A DNA stretch of 63,508 nucleotides, filler included. It is 4 parts of 4 records of this genome, joined end to end, with 100 filler letters (N's around TTAATTAATTAA, not from the genome) between each part and the next. Parts side by side here need not be neighbours in the genome. Positions count along the whole stretch, not along the records: positions 52,693 to 63,508 come from DRR723986_4098; 3 more parts are not named here. One strand, 5' to 3'. Positions 56,739 through 63,508 of the stretch are shown piece by piece. A model generated the notes under the pieces. The model saw only the letters and a list, made by a program, of their open reading frames with translations. It did not search any database and was not told where the DNA came from. The first letter of the stretch is position 1, and the number at the start of each line of letters is the position of its first letter. The translations under genes were made by a program, and so were the position numbers.

Positions 56739-58141
56739 GCGCGGAACTGCCGATTCTCTCCCAGCGGCGCATGAGCCACACCCTCGGCCAGTTGAATCGC
56801 GCCCGACGGCCAGATCACCTCGACCATCGCGCCACCGCGCTCACCGCTTTCCTCGGCCAGCAGGAACGGATCGGTCGCATTGCGGAAACCGACCCTGGCA
56901 CCGGACCGTTCCAGCAGCGTCTTGGCGATGAACAACCCCAGACCCATGCCCTCGTAACCCGGTCGCTTTTCGACCTCGCGCGCGGACTTGCGGCGTTTCA
57001 GAAACGGATCGCCCAGCCGCCCGATCAGATCCTGTGGAAAGCCCGCGCCATCGTCGGTCATGCGCAGAGTGATGGTCTGCCCGTCCCACAGCCCATCGAC
57101 CCAGACGTCATCAACGGCAAAATCCACCGCGTTCTGCACGAGATTGCGGATGCCGTGGATGATCTCGGGGCGACGGTAGATCACCGGTTGGGCCTCGGGC
57201 GCACCGGGCATTGGCGCGAACTCGAAATGCACCCGAACCCCCCGGTCCACATGCGGTTCCGCCGCTTCGCGCACCACGGCACCGAACGGGGCGGAATGCA
57301 TGTGCAGGTCATCCTTCCCGGCGCGACCCATGTCGCGCAGGATATCACGGCAGCGATCCGCCTGTTCGCGGATCAGCCGGGCGTCCTCGGCCAGTTCGGG
57401 GCTGCCTTCCAGCTCCTCCGCCAGTTCGGTGGACACCAGTTTGATCGTGGCCAGCGGCGTCCCCAGCTCATGCGCGGCGGCGGCGACCACGCCACCCAGA
57501 TCGGTCAGCTTCTGTTCCCGCGACAGGGCTTCCTGCGTGGCCAGCAGGGCCTGGCTCATCGTGTGAATTTCCAGCGTCACGCGGCGCGCGTAGCCCGACA
57601 GGAAGACAATCCCGATGACGATGGCGGCCCAAAAGCCTGCCAGGAACAAGGTGGGCAACTCAATCACCTCGCCCGCGCGCGTCGTCAGCGGCACATGGTA
57701 AAACGCCACCAGAGTGATCAGCACGATGGCCGCAAGTCCCAGAATCACCGTGGACCGCATGGTCAGCGCCGTGGCCGAGATCGTCACAGGCGCAAGGATC
57801 AGCAGCGCAAAGGGGTTGTTCAGCCCGCCGGTCAGGAACAGCAGGAACGACAGCTGCGTCAGGTCAAACAGCAGCGTCAGCATCGCGTCCCAATCCGCCA
57901 GCCGCTGGTTTGGCGGAAACACCGTCATGGCGATCATGTTGGACAAGACCGAGGTGCCGATGGCCAGAAAACACAGGCCCAGTTCCACCCTGAGGCCCAG
58001 AAACAGGCTGGCCACCACCACCGTGGTGGTCTGACCCAGGATCGCCAGCCAGCGCAGCACCAGCAAGGTCCGCAGCCGCACCCAGTCGCTGCGCAGGTCG
58101 CGCGTCAGCAGATTGCGGGTCGGGTCGATCGTTTGGGCCAT
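56735..58141 (-). CDS. regB: Redox sensor histidine kinase RegB/PrrB
   Basis: GGLNNPF quinone motif; AAAAHELGTPLATI; DRCRDIL; GMGLGLFIA. Confidence 0.95.
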   Translation of the reverse strand: MAQTIDPTRNLLTRDLRSDWVRLRTLLVLRWLAILGQTTTVVVASLFLGLRVELGLCFLAIGTSVLSNMIAMTVFPPNQRLADWDAMLTLLFDLTQLSFLLFLTGGLNNPFALLILAPVTISATALTMRSTVILGLAAIVLITLVAFYHVPLTTRAGEVIELPTLFLAGFWAAIVIGIVFLSGYARRVTLEIHTMSQALLATQEALSREQKLTDLGGVVAAAAHELGTPLATIKLVSTELAEELEGSPELAEDARLIREQADRCRDILRDMGRAGKDDLHMHSAPFGAVVREAAEPHVDRGVRVHFEFAPMPGAPEAQPVIYRRPEIIHGIRNLVQNAVDFAVDDVWVDGLWDGQTITLRMTDDGAGFPQDLIGRLGDPFLKRRKSAREVEKRPGYEGMGLGLFIAKTLLERSGARVGFRNATDPFLLAEESGERGGAMVEVIWPSGAIQLAEGVAHAPLGENRQFRA

Positions 58142-58250
58142 GCGGGGCGTCCTGTTGCGGCGAGGGCGTTCTGTCACAGTTGCGCAGACGTGAATTGATA
58201 GACAGGTCATTTTCAACGATCAACGCTGCAACGTTACCGAGGATCCTGCC

Positions 58251-58886
58251 ATGAACCGCATCTATGCCGCCAGCGCCCTTGCCCTGACCGCCGCCCTTCT
58301 GGGCGGAATCGGCCTGTCGATCCTGTGGGGCCGCGCCAATCAGGATGAGGATATCTTTGCCCAGTGCCGTGCAACGCGGGTCGCGGGCGGCCCCGGCGAT
58401 ATCGGCGGGCCGTTCGAACTGGTGTCGGAAACCGGTGACACCGTGACCGACGCCGATGTCATCACGGGCCCCACCCTGATCTATTTCGGCTACACGTTCT
58501 GCCCCGATGTCTGCCCGCTGGACAATGCAAGGAACGCCATCGCCGTGGAAATCCTGGAAGAGCAGGGCCGCATGGTCACGCCGGTCTTCATCTCGATCGA
58601 TCCCCAACGCGACACGCCCGAGATTCTTGCCGATTTCACCGACAACATGCACCCGCGCATGATCGGCCTCACCGGCTCGCTCGACCAGACAACCGCCGCG
58701 TCGCAGGCCTACCGGACCTATTTCAACCATCAGGAACCAGGCGATGACGGGTATTACCTCGTCGATCATTCGACCTTCACATATCTGGTGCTGCCGGATC
58801 ATGGCTTTGTCGAGTTCTTCCGCCGCGACGACACACCCGAGGAAATGGCCGCGCGCGTGTCCTGTTTCATGGATGCCGCGTCCTGA
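58251..58886 (+). CDS. senC: SCO-family protein SenC/PrrC
   Basis: YFGYTFCPDVCP and YLVDHS motifs. Confidence 0.93.
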   Translation: MNRIYAASALALTAALLGGIGLSILWGRANQDEDIFAQCRATRVAGGPGDIGGPFELVSETGDTVTDADVITGPTLIYFGYTFCPDVCPLDNARNAIAVEILEEQGRMVTPVFISIDPQRDTPEILADFTDNMHPRMIGLTGSLDQTTAASQAYRTYFNHQEPGDDGYYLVDHSTFTYLVLPDHGFVEFFRRDDTPEEMAARVSCFMDAAS

Positions 58887-58955
58887 TCCCGATCTGTTTG
58901 ACCATTGCGCGATTTTCGCCATATATGAAAGAAAATTGCGAAGAGGATTGCTTGC

Positions 58956-59513
58956 ATGGCCACGGAACGCTCGCTGCGTGATATCGGACCGGATAAATCC
59001 CTGCTGCTCGTCGATGACGACGAACCGTTTCTGAGGCGCCTGCAACGCGCCATGGAAAAGCGCGGATTCGAAGTGGAAGCCGCCGATTCCGTTGCCGGCG
59101 GCAAGGCCATCGCCACCGCCCGTCCGCCCGCCTATGCGGTGATCGACCTGCGGCTAGAGGACGGCAACGGGCTCGACGTTGTGGAACTGCTGCGCGAAAA
59201 GCGCCCCGATTCCCGTATTGTGGTGCTGACCGGCTATGGCGCGATTGCCACTGCCGTGGCCGCCGTCAAGATCGGCGCGACCGATTACCTGTCGAAGCCC
59301 GCCGATGCCAATGACATCACCGCCGCCCTTCTGGCGGAAGAAGACGACATGCCGCCGCCGCCGGAAAACCCGATGAGCGCGGATCGCGTCCGGTGGGAAC
59401 ATATCCAACGCGTCTATGAGCTGTGCGACCGCAATGTCAGTGAAACCGCGCGTCGCCTGAACATGCACCGCCGCACACTGCAACGCATCCTCGCCAAGCG
59501 CAGTCCGCGCTAG
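58956..59513 (+). CDS. regA: Response regulator RegA/PrrA
   Basis: PPPPENPMSADRVRWEHIQRVYELCDRNVSETARRLNMHRRTLQRIL. Confidence 0.97.
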   Translation: MATERSLRDIGPDKSLLLVDDDEPFLRRLQRAMEKRGFEVEAADSVAGGKAIATARPPAYAVIDLRLEDGNGLDVVELLREKRPDSRIVVLTGYGAIATAVAAVKIGATDYLSKPADANDITAALLAEEDDMPPPPENPMSADRVRWEHIQRVYELCDRNVSETARRLNMHRRTLQRILAKRSPR

Positions 59514-59514
59514 G

Positions 59515-60006
59515 ATGCGCGCGGCCCTTCTGCTGATCGCTGCCCTGACGGCCTGCACCCCGTTGCCCTTACCGACATCGGCACCCGGCGGTGGTGGTGG
59601 GCTCACACCCGATTCCGCTGGCCTGCAACCGGGCGGCACCGATCTGCGAATCGACTTTGGCCGCGCTGAGGATGGCGTGATCGAGACCGTGTCTCGCCTT
59701 GTCGGGTCCAACCCCGCTGACGTCACCCTGATCGAGGAATGCGGCGCAGGCCCGGTGACAGCGGCCTATTGGCAGAACGGGCTGACCGCGAACTTCCTCG
59801 ACGGCGATTTCGTTGGCTGGACTGTGACCGAACCGGGCCTGCCTGTCGCAGGCGGTCTCAGCGTCGGCATGGCCCCACCACCCGTTCAGATGGCCGAAAC
59901 CACCCTGGGACGAGAGTTCGAGACCAACGGCGTTTGGGCCTTGGTCGAGGACGGCAGCGCCGAGATCACGGTGCTTTGGTCAGGGATCACCTGCTTCTTC
60001 CGCTAA
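59515..60006 (+). CDS. Hypothetical lipoprotein
   Basis: Lipobox LTAC; EECGAG; C-terminal TCFFR. Confidence 0.75.
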   Translation: MRAALLLIAALTACTPLPLPTSAPGGGGGLTPDSAGLQPGGTDLRIDFGRAEDGVIETVSRLVGSNPADVTLIEECGAGPVTAAYWQNGLTANFLDGDFVGWTVTEPGLPVAGGLSVGMAPPPVQMAETTLGREFETNGVWALVEDGSAEITVLWSGITCFFR

Positions 60007-60893
60007 GCCGACCCGTGCAGCCATTTCAGGAACACCCGGGCCTGTGGACTGATCGTGGTTGGGTTGTGAACGGAATAATAGCCCAGATCCGATTCCGGCT
60101 CTTCCAGCAGCGCCACCAACCGCCCATCCTCCAGATCGCTTTGCACCACGGCCACGGGCTGCCGGGTGATCCCGGCGCCTGACCGCACGGCCGCCAGAAC
60201 CAGCCCGTTGGTCTGCATCCGCGTCACCTGCATCCTGTCCGGGTCGGCCCCCAGCGCCCGGAACCATGTGAAAATCTCCATATCCGTCGGGTCCGGCAGC
60301 CATGGAGAGGCGGCCAGCGCACGGATCGCATCGGGCGATGTCGCGGAATATTCTACCGGCAGCCGCGCCGCCAAGCCGGGATGTGCCACCACAACCCGGT
60401 GCCCGCGCGTCAGCAGCCGCGCCTCCACCCCCGGCCATTTTCCCTGCCCGAAGCGGATTGCCAGATCGAACCCGTCGCGACGCAGGTCCACCACCGCATT
60501 GTCGGGCGCAATCGTCACCGGCAATTCCGGGTGCGCCTTCCAGAACCCCGCCAGACGCGCCGCCAGCCAGTTTTCGGCAAAGTTCTGCGTGGTCGAAACC
60601 GCAATCGGCCGATCCGCCCGCGCCTGCGACAGCGCCCGGACCCCGGCCGCGATGATGCCGAACCCCTCGCCCAGATCCTGCGCCAGCCTGCGCCCCGACA
60701 CTGTCACGGCCATGCTACGGCCCGACCGTTCCATCAGAACCTGCCCGAAATGATCCTCCAACGCGCGCACATGCTGTGCAATCGCGGCATGGGTCACGTT
60801 CAGTTCCCGCGCCGCGGCCGAAAAGCTTTGCAGCCGGGCCGCCGCCTCGAACGCCTTCAGCGCCGCCAGTGAAGGGATATCGCGCCAATTCAT
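60003..60893 (-). CDS. LysR-family regulator (GcvA-like, at the HvrB position)
   Basis: PSLAALKAFEAAAR..SFSAAARELNVT..AIAQHVRALE and DLAIRFG motifs. Confidence 0.92.
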   Translation of the reverse strand: MNWRDIPSLAALKAFEAAARLQSFSAAARELNVTHAAIAQHVRALEDHFGQVLMERSGRSMAVTVSGRRLAQDLGEGFGIIAAGVRALSQARADRPIAVSTTQNFAENWLAARLAGFWKAHPELPVTIAPDNAVVDLRRDGFDLAIRFGQGKWPGVEARLLTRGHRVVVAHPGLAARLPVEYSATSPDAIRALAASPWLPDPTDMEIFTWFRALGADPDRMQVTRMQTNGLVLAAVRSGAGITRQPVAVVQSDLEDGRLVALLEEPESDLGYYSVHNPTTISPQARVFLKWLHGSA

Positions 60894-60896
60894 ATC

Positions 60897-60913
60897 TGTA
60901 AGCTCCACTTACA
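60897..60913. promoter_or_regulatory. LysR-type T-N11-A palindromic site
   Basis: TGTAAG-CTCCA-CTTACA between the LysR gene and the divergent small ORF. Confidence 0.65.
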
Positions 60914-60992
60914 TATTGGAGATATTGCTGATTCGAGATCGCAAGGCAAGCCCGCTATACCTGATCCATCGGAAAACACAGGAGCTTACCCA

Positions 60993-61160
60993 ATGTTCTC
61001 TCTCCTCTCTCGCGCCATTAAAACCGCAACGCGCCTTGAAACATGGGACATGCCCGACCATTGGCGTGCCCAGCACGAAGACTATCGCACCCGCCGTCAA
61101 CGGGCTGACTTCGACCGGGCGCGGATGCGCCGCAAGCTTCGCGAAACCGGTCTTCGGTAG
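60993..61160 (+). CDS. 55-aa small protein divergent from LysR (not in the ORF track)
   Basis: AGGAG RBS; MFSLLSRAIKTATRLETWDMPDHWRAQHEDYRTRRQRADFDRARMRRKLRETGLR*. Confidence 0.75.
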   Translation: MFSLLSRAIKTATRLETWDMPDHWRAQHEDYRTRRQRADFDRARMRRKLRETGLR

Positions 61161-61214
61161 CGCAGACTTTCAGCCCAGCTAACAGAAATGAAGGCGGTTG
61201 CCAGTGGCAGCCGC

Positions 61215-61706
61215 CTAGGCCCCATCACCCAAAGTCAGCAATTTGGTCACCCGGTCTACCGGGGTGCCATCGGCAAGTGGCACATCGCGCGTGACATGAT
61301 GATCGGCAAATCCCATCCGCCCATAATAGCACAACCCGCCACTGTTATCGGCCCGGATCGTGGCGTCGATCGTGCGGTAGCCAAAGCCGATCGCGGCCTG
61401 CCGCGTCGCGCCGAACAGGGCCGCGCCGATGCCCCGCTGCGTGCTGCCCAGCCGCGCGAAAGTTGCGATTGTGGCCCGGTCCTCCGGCCCGCCCTTCAGC
61501 GGAAAGATATACTGAAAGCCCAACAGCAGATCGCCCTCCTCGGCAACATGGCAGATGCCGCGCGGATCCGACCCCGCAAGGACCGGCGCCAGAAAATCCG
61601 CCGGAACCTGTCCCTGAAAGGCGGTCGTGCCGCCCTTGTCCACCACATCCTGTAGCAGGGCCACGATCTGATGCGCATCGTCGGGGGTTGCCGGTCGGAT
61701 GATCAC
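61215..61706 (-). CDS. GNAT-family N-acetyltransferase
   Basis: IRPATPDDA, QRGIGAALF and N..GL.YYGRMGF motifs. Confidence 0.88.
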   Translation of the reverse strand: MIIRPATPDDAHQIVALLQDVVDKGGTTAFQGQVPADFLAPVLAGSDPRGICHVAEEGDLLLGFQYIFPLKGGPEDRATIATFARLGSTQRGIGAALFGATRQAAIGFGYRTIDATIRADNSGGLCYYGRMGFADHHVTRDVPLADGTPVDRVTKLLTLGDGA

Positions 61707-62299
61707 AGCTGCCCCAGCAAGCTGTTGTGCCGTCTGGTGAAATCCGCCCGCACCTCTGCCGGGGGGCGCAAATGCAGACGCAACCCCTCGATCAGCGCCG
61801 GTGTCGGGCGGCCGAAGAACCTGTCGGCTTCGCCTTCGGAGAACCCTGCCAACTGCACCGCCTCTAACCAGGCCGAGACCTTGTCGGCCCGTTTGATCCG
61901 CGCCTTCACCGTCTTGGGGATCGCCGCGGGCAGGCCGAAGCGCAGATGGATCGCCGCCGCCAACCGGTCATCAAGTGCCCCATAACCAGTGCCTACTGCG
62001 GCTTTCACAGGGCTGATCATATCCCCGATCACGTATTCCGGCGCGTCGTGCAGCAGCGCCGCCAGCCGCCATTTCACTGGCGCCTTTGGGTCGATCCGGG
62101 CAAAGATCTGCTCTACCAGCAGCGAATGCTCCGCGACCGAATAGGCAAAATCCCCGCGCGTCTGTCCGTTCCAGCGGGCGACAAAGGCCAGCCCGTGGGC
62201 GATATCCTCGATCTCGATATCCACCGGGGTCGGATCCAGCAGATCCAGCCTGCGCCCCGACAGCATCCGCTGCCATGCTCTTGGTGTTGCTTTGGCCAT
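61703..62299 (-). CDS. HD-family hydrolase (YfbR-like)
   Basis: RAWQRMLSGRRLDLLDP, YSVAEHS and LLHDAPEY motifs. Confidence 0.9.
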   Translation of the reverse strand: MAKATPRAWQRMLSGRRLDLLDPTPVDIEIEDIAHGLAFVARWNGQTRGDFAYSVAEHSLLVEQIFARIDPKAPVKWRLAALLHDAPEYVIGDMISPVKAAVGTGYGALDDRLAAAIHLRFGLPAAIPKTVKARIKRADKVSAWLEAVQLAGFSEGEADRFFGRPTPALIEGLRLHLRPPAEVRADFTRRHNSLLGQL

Positions 62300-62489
62300 C
62301 GTTCTCCACCTTGCGCGCTGCCCACGGCACAGACCTCCTAGAAACCAATTCGCGCCCCGGAATTCAACGCCCGCCCTCGGATCGCACGCCATTTTCTTGC
62401 GCAGACTCAGAGACCGGGCAGATTCTCCTTGGTAAATGGGCCATCCGGCGATTAGTCTTACGTGGTTAACCAATTTGAAGGAGCCCATT

Positions 62490-62642
62490 ATGAGCAAAGA
62501 AGACACCCCCGAGAACGCACCCGCCCGCAAGGATCAAAGCGCCAAAGGCCCCGCAGCCCAGCAGGGCAGCATGTCCGACAAGGGCGGCAGCGCCTCTGGC
62601 TCGTCCCAAAGCGGCGTGGCCCCGAAGGGCGGCAGCAAGTAA
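62490..62642 (+). CDS. 50-aa low-complexity hydrophilic protein
   Basis: AAGGAG RBS; followed by a terminator-like hairpin. Confidence 0.55.
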   Translation: MSKEDTPENAPARKDQSAKGPAAQQGSMSDKGGSASGSSQSGVAPKGGSK

Positions 62643-62670
62643 CGGCTGACCAGTTCTCCACCAACAGTTC

Positions 62671-62702
62671 GGGGCCGCGCCATGGTGCGGCCCCGTTTTT
62701 TG
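62671..62702 (+). terminator. Rho-independent terminator
   Basis: GGGGCCGCGCC-AT-GGTGCGGCCCC followed by GTTTTTT. Confidence 0.75.
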
Positions 62703-62782
62703 TTGCCTCTCCGGCCATTGTCCCTAAATGCCTGTCCTGCTATGTCGCGCCAAACGCAGATGACGCCCGTCAGGAGACCGGA

Positions 62783-63508
62783 ATGACCGATTACATCGTT
62801 AAAGATATTGCCCTCGCCGAGTTTGGCCGCAAGGAACTCGACATTGCGGAAACCGAGATGCCGGGGCTGATGGCCCTGCGCGAGGAATACGGCGAAAGCA
62901 AACCGCTGAAAGGCGCGCGCATCGCGGGCAGCCTGCACATGACCATTCAGACCGCCGTGCTGATCGAAACACTGGTGCATCTGGGGGCCGAGGTCCGTTG
63001 GGCATCGTGCAACATCTTCTCCACCCAGGATCACGCCGCCGCAGCGATTGCCGCCGCTGGCATTCCGGTCTTCGCCATCAAGGGCGAGACGCTGGAAGAA
63101 TACTGGGATTACGCCGACCGCATCTTCATGTTCGAAGAAGGCGGCTGCAACATGATCCTCGACGATGGCGGTGACGCCACGCTCTATATCTTGATGGGCG
63201 CACGGGTCGAGGAAGGTGAAACCGACCTGATCGAAGTGCCCACCAGCGAAGAAGAGGTCGCCCTCTTCGCCCAGATCAAGAAGCGCATCGCGGAAACCCC
63301 CGGCTGGTTCGTCAAGCAGCGTCCCCTGATCCAGGGCGTGACCGAGGAAACCACCACCGGTGTACACCGCCTGTATCAGATGATGGAAAAGGGCCACCTG
63401 CCCTTCCCCGCCATCAACGTGAATGACAGCGTCACCAAGTCCAAGTTCGACAACAAGTATGGCTGTAAGGAGAGCCTCGTCGACGGCATCCGCCGCGCCA
63501 CCGACACC
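62783..63508 (+). CDS. ahcY: Adenosylhomocysteinase, 5' part (runs off the window)
   Basis: Manual translation [30 protein letters not shown]...[12 protein letters not shown]...SCNIFSTQD...EETTTG...[15 protein letters not shown]. Confidence 0.97.
   Translation, partial: MTDYIVKDIALAEFGRKELDIAETEMPGLMALREEYGESKPLKGARIAGSLHMTIQTAVLIETLVHLGAEVRWASCNIFSTQDHAAAAIAAAGIPVFAIKGETLEEYWDYADRIFMFEEGGCNMILDDGGDATLYILMGARVEEGETDLIEVPTSEEEVALFAQIKKRIAETPGWFVKQRPLIQGVTEETTTGVHRLYQMMEKGHLPFPAINVNDSVTKSKFDNKYGCKESLVDGIRRATDT

Noticed and set aside
56720-58198. 492-aa plus-strand ORF
   Set aside because: Antisense shadow of regB.
62700-62782. SAH riboswitch upstream of ahcY
   Set aside because: No GAGGAGCG...AGGCTC...CGCTC-type consensus visible.
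1-63508. CRISPR arrays, tRNA/rRNA, retron or DGR reverse transcriptase
   Set aside because: No regularly spaced repeats, tRNA cloverleafs, rRNA signatures or RT motifs were seen on manual reading; dedicated scanners would be needed to exclude them fully.

Overview
The window is four unrelated contigs joined by artificial N-linkers containing TTAATTAATTAA (14780-14879, 45015-45114, 52593-52692). Contig 1 (1-14779, Rhodobacteraceae-like) is the backbone of a conjugative element or plasmid. It carries an IS481 with a disrupted end, a DUF6878/DUF6915/hypothetical operon, two AbiE-type type IV TA modules (one apparently missing its toxin), a small repeat protein behind a LexA box, a methyltransferase-strawberry-notch helicase, a toprim protein, a ~220-nt foldback, a DUF2493 (SLOG) protein and a WGR protein. 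Contig 2 (14880-45014) comes from a different phylum (FCB group, Bacteroidota/Kapabacteria-like). It carries pccB, queA, a thiolase, LptE, a GT2, three T9SS-secreted Ig-like proteins, OmpA, a DnaQ-UvrC-like fusion, a DUF4031-DUF4286 in-frame fusion and an unannotated dispersed repeat. Contig 3 (45115-52592) is dctB-dctD-dctPQM plus a cytochrome P450. Contig 4 (52693-63508) is the Rhodobacteraceae addB-murU-amgK-tsaE-divL-regB-senC-regA-LysR-ahcY region. The best candidate for an undescribed system is the contig 1 module of repeated hairpin leaders, a large foldback and small uncharacterised genes, which resembles an alphaproteobacterial leading-region or anti-defence cassette. All family assignments come from motif recognition by eye; no database search was run.
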